Below are positions 40,103 to 53,013 of a DNA stretch of 64,000 nucleotides, one piece after another (position 1 is the stretch's first letter; each line of letters opens with the position of its first letter). Source of the stretch: an uncultured Gammaproteobacteria bacterium (GTDB taxonomy: Bacteria; Pseudomonadota; Gammaproteobacteria; UBA6429; Thiohalophilaceae); assembly GCA_937967995.1 (NCBI GenBank), contig CALBTB010000010.1, forward strand, positions 25,410 through 89,409, written 5' to 3'. Below the pieces are notes generated by a model, which was not told the DNA's origin, searched no databases, and was given only the letters and a program-made list of their open reading frames with translations. The position numbers and the translations under genes were made by a program.

Positions 40103-43100
40103 ATGAGCCAGTTACAGCAACAACTCGACAAACGTATTTTGATCCTCGACGGCGCTATGGGCACGATGATCCAGTCTTACAAACTGGACGAGGCCGGTTA
40201 TCGGGGCGATCGTTTTGCCGACTGGCCATCAGATCTCAAGGGTAACAATGATTTGCTGGTACTGACCCAGCCAAAGATCATTCGCGATATTCACCTTGCT
40301 TATCTGGATGCCGGTGCCGATATCATCGAGACCAATACGTTCAACGCCAACAAAATTTCCATGGCGGATTACGACATGGAAGACCTGGTGTATGAACTGA
40401 ATCTGCAAGCGGCGAAAATTGCCCGTGAGGCTTGCGACGAAAAAAGTACGGCGGACAAACCACGCTTTGTTGCCGGTGTACTTGGGCCGACCAATCGTAC
40501 CGCCTCGATTTCACCGGATGTCAATAATCCGGGTTTTCGTAATGTCAGTTTTGACGCGTTGCGCGATACCTACTTTGAAGCGACCAAAGCGCTCATCGAA
40601 GGTGGTTCGGATATTATTCTGGTGGAAACCATTTTTGATACGCTCAATGCCAAGGCGGCGTTGTTTGCGATCGAACAGTTTTTTGAAGAAGCCGGTCAGA
40701 CCTGGCCGGTGATGATTTCAGGCACGATCACCGATGCATCGGGTCGCACGTTATCCGGTCAGACGGCAGAAGCGTTTTTTAATTCGCTGCGGCATATCAA
40801 TCCGATCAGTTTTGGATTCAACTGTGCGCTCGGAGCAAAAGAGTTACGCCAGTATGTCGAAGAGCTGGCCGGGATCGCCAATTGCCACATTAATACCCAT
40901 CCCAATGCCGGATTGCCAAACGAGTTTGGTGAATACGATGAAACACCGGAAGCGATGGCCGCGGAAATTGAAGAGTGGGCCAGGGAAGGTTACCTGAATA
41001 TTATCGGCGGCTGTTGTGGTACGACACCGGCGCATATCAGGGCGATTGCGGACGCCGTTGCCAAGTATCCGCCGCGCAAACCAAAACAAAATGATTTCAC
41101 CACGCGCCTGGCCGGTCTGGAACCATGCAACATTACCAAAGACTCATTGTTCGTAAACGTTGGTGAGCGAACCAATGTCACCGGCTCGGCCAGATTTAAA
41201 CGTCTGATCCTGGAAGAGCAATACGATGAAGCATTAAGTGTTGCGCGTGACCAGGTGGAAAACGGCGCTCAGATTATCGACGTGAACATGGACGAAGGCA
41301 TGCTGGACGGTGAGCATGCCATGAAAACATTTTTAAACCTGTGTGCCAGTGAACCCGACATCGCGCGTGTTCCGGTGATGATTGATTCCAGTAAATGGGA
41401 GATCCTGGAAACCGGGCTCAAGTGTGTGCAGGGTAAAGGTGTCGTCAATTCCATCAGTCTCAAGGAAGGCGAAGACAAGTTTCTCGAACAGGCCCGCCTG
41501 TGTCGGCGCTATGGTGCGGCGGTGATTGTCATGGCGTTTGATGAAACCGGTCAGGCCGATACCCAGGCACGCAAGATCGAGATTTGCACGCGCGCCTATA
41601 AGCTGTTAACCGAGAAAGTAGGTTTTCCAGCGGAAGATATTATTTTCGATCCGAATATATTTGCGGTCGCCACCGGTATCGAGGAACACAATAATTACGG
41701 CGTCGATTTCATTGAAGCCACAAGAACAATTAAACAAACACTGCCGCATGCGTTGATCAGCGGCGGTGTCTCCAACGTGTCGTTTTCCTTCCGTGGTAAC
41801 AACCCGGTACGTGAAGCGATTCATGCGGTTTTTCTATATCACGCCATTCAGGCCGGTATGGACATGGGCATTGTCAATGCCGGACAACTTGCAGTGTATG
41901 ATGACTTGCCGGCTGAACTGCGTGATGCGGTTGAAGACGTCATTCTGAACCGGCGCGATGATGCCACCGAACGGTTGCTGGATATTGCCGACAAGTATAA
42001 AGGCGACGGTAAGGGCGCGGAAAAGAAAGAGGACCTGCAGTGGCGCGAGTTACCGGTCGGAAAACGTCTCGAGCATGCATTGGTCAAGGGCATTGATGCC
42101 TATATTGAAGAAGATACCGAAGAAGCGCGCCAGGCCTTTGATCGGCCGATACAGGTGATCGAAGGGCCATTGATGGATGGTATGAACGTGGTCGGTGACC
42201 TGTTCGGTGCCGGCAAGATGTTTTTGCCGCAGGTCGTGAAGAGTGCGCGCGTGATGAAAAAGGCCGTGGCCTATTTGATCCCGTACATCGAAGAGGAAAA
42301 GTCCGCGGGTGCCAAGGCCGCCGGTAAAATACTCATGGCAACCGTGAAAGGCGACGTACACGATATCGGCAAGAATATCGTCGGCGTGGTGTTGCAGTGT
42401 AATAACTTTGAGGTTATCGACCTCGGTGTGATGGTGCCGGCGACTAAAATCCTGGAAACGGCTAAACAGGAAAATGTCGATATCATTGGTTTGTCCGGAT
42501 TGATTACGCCGTCACTGGATGAAATGGTGCACATCGGTAAGGAAATGCAGCGACTGGGTTATGACATTCCTTTATTAATAGGTGGCGCGACCACGTCCAA
42601 GGCCCATACGGCAGTAAAGATTGATCCGACTTACGATCAGGGCCAGACGGTGTGGGTCAAGGATGCATCGCGTGCCGTAGGTGTGGCACAGAACCTGATC
42701 AGTGATGAGAATCGTAATCGCTTTGTCAGCGACATCAAGAGCGAATACGTCAAAGTACGCGAGCAACATGCCGGTCGTCGTCAGCAAACCAAATGGCTAT
42801 CACTGCAAGCGGCACGTGCCAACAAGCTTAAAATTGACTGGTCTAAATATACTCCACCAGTACCGCAACAGCCTGGCCTGCAGGTGTTTGATGACATGCC
42901 AATGGAATTCCTGGTGCCCTATATCGACTGGACACCGTTCTTTCATACATGGGAGTTAAAAGGCAGTTACCCGAAGATTTTTGATGATGCAGAAAAAGGT
43001 GTCGAAGCGAAAAAATTATTCGAAGATGCACAAACCATGCTGGGTGAGATAATTGATGGCCACTGGTTAAAGGCGCGGGCCGTGATTGGTTTGTTCCCGG

Positions 43101-43816
43101 CCAACCAGGTGAATGACGATGACATCGAAGTTTATGTCGATGAAAAACGCAAAGGCATTAACACCATTTTGCATCATTTGCGCCAGCAGACCGAGCGTCC
43201 ACCAGGTAAACCCAATCGTTGTCTGGCCGACTTTGTTGCGCCGAAAGAAACCGGTCTGAAAGATTACATCGGTGGCTTCGTTGTTACGATCCACGGCGCC
43301 GAAGAAAAAGCCAAAGACTTTGAAGCCGAACACGATGACTATCGGGCCATTATGCTCAAGGCACTCGCGGATCGCTTTGCCGAGGCATATGCAGAACACA
43401 TGCATGATCGCGTGCGGCACATCAACTGGGGTTACGATGCCAATCCAGGTAATCCCTGGACACCGTGTCGCGGTATAGATGACAAACTGTTCGACAATGA
43501 GTCACTGATTAAAGAAAAATACACAGGTATCCGTCCGGCACCCGGTTATCCGGCCTGCCCGGACCACACGGAAAAACCGTTGTTGTGGGAGTTACTGGAT
43601 GCCGACAATAACTGCGGTGCCTCACTGACAGAATCCTATGCCATGTGGCCGGCAGCCACCGTCAGTGGCTGGTACTTCTCACATCCGAAAAGCAGCTATT
43701 TTGGCGTGGGTAAAATCAACCATGACCAGGTAGAAGATTACGCACGGCGCAAAGGCATGAGCCTGGCCGAAGCCGAACGCTGGCTGGCGCCGGTGATAGG
43801 TTATGAAACTGAATAA
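40103..43816 (+). CDS. metH: Cobalamin-dependent methionine synthase.
   Basis: About 1237 aa covering the Hcy-binding, pterin-binding, B12-binding ([10 protein letters not shown]) and AdoMet-activation domains. Confidence 0.97.
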   Translation: MSQLQQQLDKRILILDGAMGTMIQSYKLDEAGYRGDRFADWPSDLKGNNDLLVLTQPKIIRDIHLAYLDAGADIIETNTFNANKISMADYDMEDLVYELNLQAAKIAREACDEKSTADKPRFVAGVLGPTNRTASISPDVNNPGFRNVSFDALRDTYFEATKALIEGGSDIILVETIFDTLNAKAALFAIEQFFEEAGQTWPVMISGTITDASGRTLSGQTAEAFFNSLRHINPISFGFNCALGAKELRQYVEELAGIANCHINTHPNAGLPNEFGEYDETPEAMAAEIEEWAREGYLNIIGGCCGTTPAHIRAIADAVAKYPPRKPKQNDFTTRLAGLEPCNITKDSLFVNVGERTNVTGSARFKRLILEEQYDEALSVARDQVENGAQIIDVNMDEGMLDGEHAMKTFLNLCASEPDIARVPVMIDSSKWEILETGLKCVQGKGVVNSISLKEGEDKFLEQARLCRRYGAAVIVMAFDETGQADTQARKIEICTRAYKLLTEKVGFPAEDIIFDPNIFAVATGIEEHNNYGVDFIEATRTIKQTLPHALISGGVSNVSFSFRGNNPVREAIHAVFLYHAIQAGMDMGIVNAGQLAVYDDLPAELRDAVEDVILNRRDDATERLLDIADKYKGDGKGAEKKEDLQWRELPVGKRLEHALVKGIDAYIEEDTEEARQAFDRPIQVIEGPLMDGMNVVGDLFGAGKMFLPQVVKSARVMKKAVAYLIPYIEEEKSAGAKAAGKILMATVKGDVHDIGKNIVGVVLQCNNFEVIDLGVMVPATKILETAKQENVDIIGLSGLITPSLDEMVHIGKEMQRLGYDIPLLIGGATTSKAHTAVKIDPTYDQGQTVWVKDASRAVGVAQNLISDENRNRFVSDIKSEYVKVREQHAGRRQQTKWLSLQAARANKLKIDWSKYTPPVPQQPGLQVFDDMPMEFLVPYIDWTPFFHTWELKGSYPKIFDDAEKGVEAKKLFEDAQTMLGEIIDGHWLKARAVIGLFPANQVNDDDIEVYVDEKRKGINTILHHLRQQTERPPGKPNRCLADFVAPKETGLKDYIGGFVVTIHGAEEKAKDFEAEHDDYRAIMLKALADRFAEAYAEHMHDRVRHINWGYDANPGNPWTPCRGIDDKLFDNESLIKEKYTGIRPAPGYPACPDHTEKPLLWELLDADNNCGASLTESYAMWPAATVSGWYFSHPKSSYFGVGKINHDQVEDYARRKGMSLAEAERWLAPVIGYETE

Positions 43817-43846
43817 GTTTGACTGTCAGGTTTCAAATCAGAAACT

Positions 43847-44794
43847 TTAAATTACAACCAGAAACACAATATTTCTGGTAAATCCATGTTTCAAATAGCC
43901 GTTCTTTATCAGAAATAGGCGTTTTCTAATCGGATTTAGTTCGTCGAGGTTAACAAACTGTAAAAGTGTGTTTTTAATGTCTGGTGATAGTTCAGATTTA
44001 TACAATTCGTAAAACGTTTTAGCCTGAGACTTTACAGAACGTATCGATTCTTTAATTGAATTTAATTTTCCTGAAAAATCAGATTGAAATGTCTGTCTGA
44101 TTAATCCTGAGATAGTAAAATTTTTAGCTCCAACAGTATTCGAGCCATGTTGTCTGTATAAAACCGTCCTCTGTTTTATTGTAAAAATTTTACCAAATTT
44201 TGCAGCTATTAATGCCAACCACCAGTCGTGCATTATTGCGCCTTCAGGAATAGTTCCTGCCAGATCAAGTAATTTTCTGTTTACCATGGTTGCGCAACCT
44301 GTAATGGAATTTTGTATGATTAACCTGTTAAAACTGTTTTTTGATTCATCGAGCCCCTGATATTTCCAGAATGATTCAGCCACTTTGTTTAGATTCTGAT
44401 CGACAACAACCAGATCACTATGAATTAAAATCGGAGATTCAGGGTGTAACTCTTCTTGCTTTAATAAATTGTCTATAAAAATCTCAATTTTGTTAGGTAG
44501 CCATACATCATCCTGATCACAGAACATTACATAATCTGCATTACTGTGTGTTATTAAGTGACTGAAATTGTTTTTTGCTGAACCAGTGATTACGTTGTCA
44601 TTGATAATGTTAACCTTATCTGGATGGGTAGATTGAAATGAGTTGATAATCTGACAGGTATTGTCTGTAGATCCATCATCGTGGATTATCAGGTGCCAAT
44701 TAGTGTATGTCTGACTGGCAATGGAGCTGAGCAGCTCATCAAGATACATTTCACCATTGAAAGTTGCCAGAAGTATGTCGACAGGTTTCGTCAT
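43847..44794 (-). CDS. Family-2 glycosyltransferase (rhamnosyltransferase-like).
   Basis: N-terminal DxD region LIIHDDGSTDNT. AT-rich codon usage. Confidence 0.8.
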   Translation of the reverse strand: MTKPVDILLATFNGEMYLDELLSSIASQTYTNWHLIIHDDGSTDNTCQIINSFQSTHPDKVNIINDNVITGSAKNNFSHLITHSNADYVMFCDQDDVWLPNKIEIFIDNLLKQEELHPESPILIHSDLVVVDQNLNKVAESFWKYQGLDESKNSFNRLIIQNSITGCATMVNRKLLDLAGTIPEGAIMHDWWLALIAAKFGKIFTIKQRTVLYRQHGSNTVGAKNFTISGLIRQTFQSDFSGKLNSIKESIRSVKSQAKTFYELYKSELSPDIKNTLLQFVNLDELNPIRKRLFLIKNGYLKHGFTRNIVFLVVI

Positions 44795-44826
44795 ATAAAA
44801 TGAGCCGAATGTAGAAATAATTTATG

Positions 44827-45879
44827 TCACTTTAGACAGGTTAATGTTATAAATTCCCTTTGACTAGCATCTTTTTCTGATATTTTTTCATACTTTTTCC
44901 AGCTTCTCCGATTCGCCCTGATCCATTTATCTGAATTCGTAATCGGGTCTTCGTTATGTTTAATAGCTTCACTGGCACCAAATATAGAAGGTACGACGGG
45001 ATTCTCTGGCATATCTTCAATTTCATGAAAGCCGGTTTTCTCAAGTAAACTTAGTAAACTTTTACGCGTAAACAGCATTAGATGTCTGGGTGGTTCCAGG
45101 CCGCGCCAGTTAGATCCGTAAATAAAATGACCCTGAGAGTTAAAATTAGGTGTTTCTATCCAGAGTATTCCGCCGGGTTTCAGATAGTTATAGCAAGTAG
45201 ATAGTAAATGATGAGGATCATGAACATGTTCTATTACATGCGATAATGTAATTACATCAAATTGAATATTGAACTCAGGTATTTTTTCAGTACCGCCACA
45301 CTTAACATTTAGACCATTTTTTCTTGCTATATTTACTGCCTGAGGGTCAAAGTCTATACCAACTGTATTCCACCCACATGATTGTGCATAGTTTAAGAAC
45401 AAGCCATTACCACAACCAAAATCAAGTAGATATTGATCCTGTACAGGTTTTTTAAGGTGTCTCATGCTGGCATCAAGAAGTCTTCTTCGTTTCCATGTTA
45501 AAAGTACTATCAATAATGCGAGCATTGACGTGTTCTTTGATTTATTACCATACTTCCAGCTACGATAGTTGTTAGCGAGATATTTTCTGATTTTTTTATT
45601 AATAGATAATTTATGCTCCGGGATTTCCGGGGAGTCATGTGTAAAATAGGAGCTATATGCAAGATTTATAGATTTTTGTGTAGGCCTGGGATTTAAAAAT
45701 CCTGAATCACAGGAAGAACATTTATATAAACTCCATTTACCTGGGGCAGTAAAAAATACGTTGTCAATCAGATTTCTGTATAACAGGTTATATTCCTCGG
45801 AGCCGCAGACGGGGCATGATGTAACTGATTCAATTCCATCGTGGGGCCAATCACCAGTTTTTAAGCTTTTATTTTTCAT
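44827..45879 (-). CDS. Class I SAM-dependent methyltransferase with an N-terminal Cys4 zinc-ribbon.
   Basis: CPVCGS...CSSCDS and the motif LDFGCGNGLF. Confidence 0.75.
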   Translation of the reverse strand: MKNKSLKTGDWPHDGIESVTSCPVCGSEEYNLLYRNLIDNVFFTAPGKWSLYKCSSCDSGFLNPRPTQKSINLAYSSYFTHDSPEIPEHKLSINKKIRKYLANNYRSWKYGNKSKNTSMLALLIVLLTWKRRRLLDASMRHLKKPVQDQYLLDFGCGNGLFLNYAQSCGWNTVGIDFDPQAVNIARKNGLNVKCGGTEKIPEFNIQFDVITLSHVIEHVHDPHHLLSTCYNYLKPGGILWIETPNFNSQGHFIYGSNWRGLEPPRHLMLFTRKSLLSLLEKTGFHEIEDMPENPVVPSIFGASEAIKHNEDPITNSDKWIRANRRSWKKYEKISEKDASQREFITLTCLK

Positions 45880-47380
45880 GTGAACTTGAAGTTCCCGAGC
45901 GTCCAGCTACTGAGATGTGAGACACTTTTTTAAGCAATATACCAGCAGTTAATAATGTAGTTATAACTATAACAGTCGCTATCCATGCTCTATAGTCCAG
46001 GTTAATCTCAAACCAGAATATACATATTAGGCAAGAGGATACTATTAAAAGTGTAAAGGCTCTATACTGCGTATTCTTCAAATCAGGCACACAATGCGAA
46101 GCAAAGTAAAATAACAATAAAGTGTCAATTGCTATACGAAGAGTCCAGACAATAGCCGCACCAATTATCCCCATTTCAATCAACAAAAGTACTAATAGAA
46201 GTAGGTAAAAAGGAAGTTCAAGTAAATGAATTTTGGCAGTGATATCTGGTCTGCCCGCACTCTGGATAAGTGAGTAAGGCATCCTTGCAAATGCATTTAT
46301 GTAAACTCCAAGGGCCAGCCAATTCAGTACCTGATAGCTGTTTTCAGCAAATTCCTGGCCTAACCAGATTAATAATAAGTCAGATGAAAAAAGGGTGATG
46401 AGAGCAATTATCGGAAACATTATTACTGCCTGAGATATAATCGCACTGATATATATCGACCGTGCATGAATTGCATGAATTGAAAGTGCAGCTGCCAATG
46501 CCGGAAAAATTACGTCAGCTACCGCACCGGGAAAAATCCATAACCGTGTAATTATTTCGTACGGTGTGGTGTAATATGTCACAGCGACAAGCCCAATAAT
46601 GCCAGCAATAAATAAACGATCGAAGTAAACCATAACTGGCCCTATAACATTACTGACTGTAATCCAGCCGCCGAATTTTATAATCTCTCCTGTGGTATTG
46701 GCCCAACTTGTGTTGGGCTGTGATAGAAAATTAGCCTGCACTTGTTTACAAAGTGTTAAATAAATAAAACTTGCTATAAGGCGGGAAATAGCCAGCACAA
46801 CTGTAATCATTATTAACGAGTCAGTAAATTTCAATACTACTACAGGGCCAATAAAATTAATTAACCCTAACGGAATTCTCACGAGATTAATCTGTTTGAA
46901 TTTCTGGTGAGCCTGTAAAATTCCTATCATACCTGCTGTAATAACAACGACAGGGAGGGCGATTGACAGTATATATGTGCTCCACACTGCTTCATGTTTT
47001 AATGTTGAATTATCAGGCAGAATGCTCTCAATTAGAGAAGGCGTGGCCAGAGCAACAATTACTCCAACGACAATACCAACAAACAACATTAGCCTGAGTC
47101 CTGCGCTTGTAATTGCATCAATGGAATCAGACTGCGCAGAATGTAAACGGTCAGCGACCAGTTTTGTAATCGCTTTTCCTGTCCCCAGGTCGAACAGTGA
47201 GAAATACCCGATAGCCATCCATATCAATGCCAGTAAGCCAAATCGTTCATTGCCAAGACCAGAAATAATGAGAGGGATTGACCAGATACCAACAAGCAAA
47301 GGTAAACCTGCACCAACAATGTTCCAGATTACATTTTTTGTAAGTAGTGAGCCGGAAAGCAGGTATGAGGTCTTAACCAC
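45869..47380 (-). CDS. wzx: Wzx-type O-unit/polysaccharide flippase (MOP superfamily).
   Basis: 503 aa, roughly 12-14 TM segments. Confidence 0.8.
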   Translation of the reverse strand: MVKTSYLLSGSLLTKNVIWNIVGAGLPLLVGIWSIPLIISGLGNERFGLLALIWMAIGYFSLFDLGTGKAITKLVADRLHSAQSDSIDAITSAGLRLMLFVGIVVGVIVALATPSLIESILPDNSTLKHEAVWSTYILSIALPVVVITAGMIGILQAHQKFKQINLVRIPLGLINFIGPVVVLKFTDSLIMITVVLAISRLIASFIYLTLCKQVQANFLSQPNTSWANTTGEIIKFGGWITVSNVIGPVMVYFDRLFIAGIIGLVAVTYYTTPYEIITRLWIFPGAVADVIFPALAAALSIHAIHARSIYISAIISQAVIMFPIIALITLFSSDLLLIWLGQEFAENSYQVLNWLALGVYINAFARMPYSLIQSAGRPDITAKIHLLELPFYLLLLVLLLIEMGIIGAAIVWTLRIAIDTLLLFYFASHCVPDLKNTQYRAFTLLIVSSCLICIFWFEINLDYRAWIATVIVITTLLTAGILLKKVSHISVAGRSGTSSSHEK

Positions 47381-47742
47381 TAATATATTTCACCTGTTAA
47401 TAATTAATTGACATCCCATAATACTAACTAGAAATTATCTAAACTCAAGAAGAATTGATTGATTCAATCCGGATTATTATAAATAATTCATATGGTTATC
47501 TGTAATTGAACTAGGGTGAGTGATGTGGAGAGCGGTACTTATTACTTATTGAAAAGAACTAAATTACGTATTATTAGGATTTAAAAACTAGATTATGCAG
47601 GCCGATGAATCTCGTAAAAATTTCAAAGTAGCAATCTAATGCTAAAATATCTATTGCTTTGATAATCAATATTACGAGTGTATATTAATTATGAATGTAA
47701 CGACTCTATGTGTCATTGAGAGACTAAAAAGGTCGATGTTCT

Positions 47743-48816
47743 ATGAATGAAGAGACTGTTCTTATCACCGGCGGTGCCGGATTTATCGGTTCCTGTGTAG
47801 TACGTCAATTTATCGAAGAGACATCGTGTCAGGTAATTAATATCGATAAACTGACCTATGCCGGCCATCTTGAGTCAGTAGAACAGGTAGCAGACAGTCC
47901 GCTCCATATATTCAAACAGGTCGATATTTGTGACAGTCAGGCTATAAATAATATATTTCAGGAGTATAAACCAGACGGGGTTTTACATCTTGCTGCTGAA
48001 TCACATGTGGATAAATCGATTGATAGTCCGGCCGATTTTATAAATACGAATGTTATCGGTACGTATAATCTATTAGAGGCTTCTCGGCGCTATTTGTCTG
48101 ATCTGGATACCGATGCCCGAAAAAAATTCAGATTCCTGCATGTATCAACTGACGAAGTATATGGATCGTTAGGCAATTCCGGCTATTTTACCGAGACAAC
48201 CTGTTATCAGCCCAGCTCACCTTATTCAGCCAGTAAGGCTTCCTCAGACCATCTCGTCAGGGCCTGGCATAAGACCTATAATTTACCGATTATCATCACA
48301 AACTGCTCGAATAACTATGGCCCGTATCAGCTGCCTGAAAAACTGATACCGAAAACTATATTGCATGCTATATCCGGTGAGCCGATACCAATATATGGTC
48401 AGGGGCTGAATATTAGAGACTGGTTATATGTAGAAGACCATGCCAGAGCGCTACGTTTGGTATTTGAGCGAGGTAAAGTCGGAGAAACTTATAATATTGG
48501 TGGCAATAATGAACTCACAAATATTGAAATCGCCAATCAGATTTGTAACTTGCTGGATCAACGTGTACCAAGACAAGATGGGGAATCATATAAAGCGTTA
48601 ATTTCCTTTGTGGATGACAGGCCTGGACATGATTTACGCTATGCGATAGATGCAACAAAAATTCGTAAGGAGCTGGGCTGGAATCCGAATGAATCATTTC
48701 AATCAGGAATAGAGAAAACGGTTGACTGGTATATTTATAATAAGAAATGGAGTGACTTGATGATATCAAAATCGAATATCATGCGTAGACAGGGCCTGGA
48801 AAAGGATTCAGGATGA
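47743..48816 (+). CDS. rfbB: dTDP-glucose 4,6-dehydratase.
   Basis: TGGAGFIGS and YSASKASSD. Confidence 0.95.
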   Translation: MNEETVLITGGAGFIGSCVVRQFIEETSCQVINIDKLTYAGHLESVEQVADSPLHIFKQVDICDSQAINNIFQEYKPDGVLHLAAESHVDKSIDSPADFINTNVIGTYNLLEASRRYLSDLDTDARKKFRFLHVSTDEVYGSLGNSGYFTETTCYQPSSPYSASKASSDHLVRAWHKTYNLPIIITNCSNNYGPYQLPEKLIPKTILHAISGEPIPIYGQGLNIRDWLYVEDHARALRLVFERGKVGETYNIGGNNELTNIEIANQICNLLDQRVPRQDGESYKALISFVDDRPGHDLRYAIDATKIRKELGWNPNESFQSGIEKTVDWYIYNKKWSDLMISKSNIMRRQGLEKDSG

Positions 48817-49688
48817 AAGGTATCATTTTAGCAGGTGGTTCAGGCACCAGACTTCACCCGCTGACAACAAGTATCAGCAAGCAACTGTTACCCGTATACG
48901 ATAAACCACTCATCTATTACCCTTTATGTACTTTAATGTTATCGGGTATAACAGAAATACTTGTTATCTCTACACCCCGGGATGCAGATGCATTTAAAAG
49001 TTTATTATCAGATGGCCAAAGTTGGGGCATATCTATTCAGTATGCGATACAGCCTGAGCCCGAGGGGATAGCACAGGCATTCCTGATAGGAGAGGATTTC
49101 ATTAAGGATGATAATGTCTGTCTTGTGCTTGGCGACAATATTTTTTATGGACAGGGCATGGGCAGACAGCTCAGGGATGCAGCCAGTATGCAGGAAGGAG
49201 CTACAGTCTTTGCCTATTATGTTAATGATCCGGAAAGATATGGCGTGGTTGAATTCGACCAGAACGGTCAGGCTGTATCCATTCAGGAAAAACCCACTAA
49301 ACCCAAATCCAACTACGCAGTAACGGGGTTGTATTATTACGACAATACGGTCATCGATCGTGCTAAAGGTCTAAAACCATCTGCAAGAGGTGAGCTGGAA
49401 ATTAGTGACTTAAATCAACAATACCTGGAAGCAGGTAAATTACAGGTCCAGATGATGAGTCGCGGTTCTGCCTGGCTGGATACCGGAACGCATCAGTCAT
49501 TGTTAGAAGCCGGAACATTTGTGGAAATCATTGAGCGTCGACAAGGCCTGAAAATAGCCTGTCCGGAAGAAGTAGCCTGGCGTATGGGATATATTAGCGA
49601 TCAGCAGTTACTTGATTCGTCTGAGGGGTTAAAGATGAACAGCTATGGTGAGTATCTAAGGACTATCCTGGAAAAAGAAAAAAACTAA
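48813..49688 (+). CDS. rfbA: Glucose-1-phosphate thymidylyltransferase.
   Basis: [18 protein letters not shown]. Confidence 0.95.
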   Translation: MKGIILAGGSGTRLHPLTTSISKQLLPVYDKPLIYYPLCTLMLSGITEILVISTPRDADAFKSLLSDGQSWGISIQYAIQPEPEGIAQAFLIGEDFIKDDNVCLVLGDNIFYGQGMGRQLRDAASMQEGATVFAYYVNDPERYGVVEFDQNGQAVSIQEKPTKPKSNYAVTGLYYYDNTVIDRAKGLKPSARGELEISDLNQQYLEAGKLQVQMMSRGSAWLDTGTHQSLLEAGTFVEIIERRQGLKIACPEEVAWRMGYISDQQLLDSSEGLKMNSYGEYLRTILEKEKN

Positions 49689-49692
49689 AAGT

Positions 49693-50256
49693 ATGTCGAT
49701 CAGAATAACAAAAACGACGCTTGACGGTGTTTTGGTAATTGAACCTGATTTATATAATGATGATCGAGGCTATTTTTTTGAGCTATGGAATGCCAGAAAA
49801 TTTGATGGCCATGGAATTGAAGTGAATTATGTACAGGATAACGTCTCTTTTTCTAAGAAAAATGTTCTCAGGGGCCTGCATTATCAGTTTCCAAAGCCCC
49901 AGGCTAAATTAGTCAGTGTGTTATCAGGTGAAATATTTGATGTCGCAGTTGATATCAGGAAAGGTTCTCCCACTTTTGGGAAATGGTTTTCTGTAATATT
50001 GTCAGATAAAAACAAAAAGCAGTTATTCATACCAGCGGGCTTTGCACATGGCTTTTGTGTGACCAGTGATAATGCAACCGTAATGTATAAATGTGATGAA
50101 TACTATGCCAGTGATTGTGAGCATACTATAGTGTGGTCAGACAAGTCTTTGGCAATCGATTGGCCAAGTAAAGCCCCAATTTTGTCATCTAAGGACAAAA
50201 ATGGGACGACAATTAATGATATGAAATCAGAACATTTCCCGGAATATTCTGTGTGA
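49693..50256 (+). CDS. rfbC: dTDP-4-dehydrorhamnose 3,5-epimerase.
   Basis: Cupin fold with NVLRGLHYQ. Confidence 0.93.
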   Translation: MSIRITKTTLDGVLVIEPDLYNDDRGYFFELWNARKFDGHGIEVNYVQDNVSFSKKNVLRGLHYQFPKPQAKLVSVLSGEIFDVAVDIRKGSPTFGKWFSVILSDKNKKQLFIPAGFAHGFCVTSDNATVMYKCDEYYASDCEHTIVWSDKSLAIDWPSKAPILSSKDKNGTTINDMKSEHFPEYSV

Positions 50257-51143
50257 AGGTGTTATTGACAGGAGCAAGTGGCCAATTAGGAAGAGAGTTG
50301 GCGTTAATTTTAAAAGATAATTGTTCTCTTATAGCGACGAGCCGAAGTGATACAGAATACGTTATCGATCTTAATCGTCCAGACAGTATTTGTAACATCA
50401 TACGCGAGATAAAACCTGATGTTGTGGTCAATGCTGCGGCCTATACTGATGTAGAAAGAGCAGAGCAAGAGTATGAGCTCGCTATGAATATTAACGGGAT
50501 TGCACCCGGTATAATTGCTGAAGAAGCCAAAACTATCAATGCTGCATTAATCCATTTTTCAACTGATTTTGTATTCGATGGAATGGCTAATCACCCCTAT
50601 ACTGAACAGGATGTGGCGAATCCGCTAAGTACATATGGAAAATCGAAACTGGCTGGTGAAAAGGCAATTGAGGAAGTGAATGGGTCTTACATTATATTTA
50701 GAACTGCATGGTTATATAGCATGCAAGGCAGAAACTTTTTAACGACGATACGAAAACTGGCAATTGAAAAAGAAGAGTTAAATGTCGTAAACGATCAAAT
50801 CGGTTCACCGACCTGGTGCCGATCAATTGCAAATCTAACTAATACTATATTATTCAATCAAAACCGATCTATTCATGACTTATTCGAAAAATATATCGGT
50901 ACTTATCATGCGACAAGCGATGGCTCCTGTAGTTGGTATGACTTCGCCTGCGTGATACTCGAAAACTTAAAGAAAGATGGTCATGACCAGGTGGCAAATG
51001 TAAAACCTGTCAGCTCAGCAGATTATTCGTCTAAAGTAAAGCGGCCGGCGTATTCAGTACTTGATAACAGTAAACTTTTTAAGACATTCAATATAAAGCT
51101 TCCAAACTGGAAAGATGCGCTGGAACAGGCGTGGAATAAGTGA
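50253..51143 (+). CDS. rfbD: dTDP-4-dehydrorhamnose reductase.
   Basis: MKVLLTGASGQLG...; 296 aa. Confidence 0.93.
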   Translation: MKVLLTGASGQLGRELALILKDNCSLIATSRSDTEYVIDLNRPDSICNIIREIKPDVVVNAAAYTDVERAEQEYELAMNINGIAPGIIAEEAKTINAALIHFSTDFVFDGMANHPYTEQDVANPLSTYGKSKLAGEKAIEEVNGSYIIFRTAWLYSMQGRNFLTTIRKLAIEKEELNVVNDQIGSPTWCRSIANLTNTILFNQNRSIHDLFEKYIGTYHATSDGSCSWYDFACVILENLKKDGHDQVANVKPVSSADYSSKVKRPAYSVLDNSKLFKTFNIKLPNWKDALEQAWNK

Positions 51144-51150
51144 GCTGGTA

Positions 51151-53013
51151 ATGAAAATTAATTTTCTGGAAGGAGAAAATCCGCGAAATAAAGTCTTAAT
51201 TATTCTACTAGCAATACTCCTGGTTCTGTCTCCTCTTATCTATATCGGACTATTGCAGGATCCATCGAACCTGCCGAGGTATGCTTTTCTGGCATTCATT
51301 AGCACCATCAGTTTTTTAATATTTTCTCTGTTCCTGTTTAAGGATTATTCGCAGATATATTATTCCAGAGTTACTTATTTGGTATTAGGTTATCTGGTGT
51401 TTGCAGGTATTTCGAGTTACTGGGCTGTCGAGCCGGGAAACAATCTTGTCTATTTTGTGCAACTAGTCAGCCTGGTCCTGATGTTTTTATTGGTGATACA
51501 GGTAGCGAATGTTTCAACTACGAAATTACTGGTGTATGCATCTTTATTCGCAGCAGGTTTATCTGCGCTTATCGGGTTATTTCAGAATTATGGGTACAAT
51601 ATTTTCGAATTGCGAGGCCCTGCGATGGGCGGTACATTCGGATATAAAAACCATGCCGCGCTATATTATGACCTGATCATCCCTGTAGGAGTCGTAATTA
51701 CTCTTGTAAGCAGAGATAAAGTGTTGAAATGGTTCTCAGCGCTTGCATTGACTGTGTGCCTGATTTATATCATCAGCTCACATACCAGAGGTTCATATGT
51801 AGCTATGCTCGCTGTCCTGGTGCTCGTGACAGGGGTTTGCATTGTACTTCCGGAAATTAGACGGTCATTTTTCTCAGCGATAAAGCGAAGCAAACTGGTC
51901 GTATTGACGGTCTTTTTGTTAACGGTTGCGGGATCATTTATTCCAGGTAGTGCAGATAGTTTTCTGGACAGACCCGCCTATGCGGGCGATAAACTCGATA
52001 CATCTACGCGTGACAGGCTAACGGCTTACAGTAATTCCATCTCCTTATTCAAGGAAAATCCGGTATTAGGCACTGGCTACGGAACCTTCTGGAAAGCATT
52101 CAGACCCTACACAAACCATCCGGACATAATCCTGCGCTCTGACGAAAATATTGTCCTGTACAGATTGCATAATGACCTGCTGCAAATATTCCTGGAACTG
52201 GGTCTGATAGGGGGGCTACTTTTTATCACTATAATATTTTCGACTTATGTGATTGGTTATAAGTTGATAAAGCATCTTGATAAAGACTCTGAAAAGTTAC
52301 TTGTAGTTGGTATGTTGCTGGCCGTATCTGGCTCACTGGTTCATTCGCTCGTGGATTTTCCATTACTCAAACCATCATCAGCGATTCAGTTCTGGATTTA
52401 TCTTGGATTAATTACCGGTCTGTATGCCAGATTTCGTGACAATACTATATCAATTAAAAAGGATTATCATAAAGTAGTAATTGCTTCATTATCGATTATT
52501 CTCACAATTTCTGCATTTATATATTATCGGTCATTTATTATAGGAAATTATTTTGCTCGTATTGCTGAAACCAGTTTCCAGGATAAAAACTGTCATGATG
52601 CTCTTGCCTATATAGATAAATCGATTGAAGAATTCAGACATGACTTCTTTGCGCATAAATTTCGTGTCCAGTTTCATGTTCATTGTAATAAAGACACCAG
52701 GCAATTGTTTTCTGTCTTAAATGAGGAATTGAGGTGGGATGATACAAATCCAATGGCCCTGTTAACCAGGGGACATATTTATCTTAATTCGAATTATCCT
52801 GATCAGGCTATGCAGGATTTTGACAAAGTAATGTTTCTTTTACCGCACCGGCCGAGCGGTTATATTGGTCAGGCGCTTGTGCTGCTCGCATCCGGGCAAC
52901 ATGACAAAGCCGAAGCGATTTTGAATGATTTGCTTGCCAAACACCCTGAAAATACCGGTGTAAAGCAGGCAATCGAAAAAGTACAACAATACAAGAACAG
53001 ACAGGCTCAGTAA
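51151..53013 (+). CDS. O-antigen polymerase/ligase-like (Wzy_C) membrane protein with a C-terminal TPR-repeat domain.
   Basis: About 400 aa of multi-TM sequence with a Wzy_C-like loop, then about 200 aa of TPR-like repeats. Confidence 0.7.
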   Translation: MKINFLEGENPRNKVLIILLAILLVLSPLIYIGLLQDPSNLPRYAFLAFISTISFLIFSLFLFKDYSQIYYSRVTYLVLGYLVFAGISSYWAVEPGNNLVYFVQLVSLVLMFLLVIQVANVSTTKLLVYASLFAAGLSALIGLFQNYGYNIFELRGPAMGGTFGYKNHAALYYDLIIPVGVVITLVSRDKVLKWFSALALTVCLIYIISSHTRGSYVAMLAVLVLVTGVCIVLPEIRRSFFSAIKRSKLVVLTVFLLTVAGSFIPGSADSFLDRPAYAGDKLDTSTRDRLTAYSNSISLFKENPVLGTGYGTFWKAFRPYTNHPDIILRSDENIVLYRLHNDLLQIFLELGLIGGLLFITIIFSTYVIGYKLIKHLDKDSEKLLVVGMLLAVSGSLVHSLVDFPLLKPSSAIQFWIYLGLITGLYARFRDNTISIKKDYHKVVIASLSIILTISAFIYYRSFIIGNYFARIAETSFQDKNCHDALAYIDKSIEEFRHDFFAHKFRVQFHVHCNKDTRQLFSVLNEELRWDDTNPMALLTRGHIYLNSNYPDQAMQDFDKVMFLLPHRPSGYIGQALVLLASGQHDKAEAILNDLLAKHPENTGVKQAIEKVQQYKNRQAQ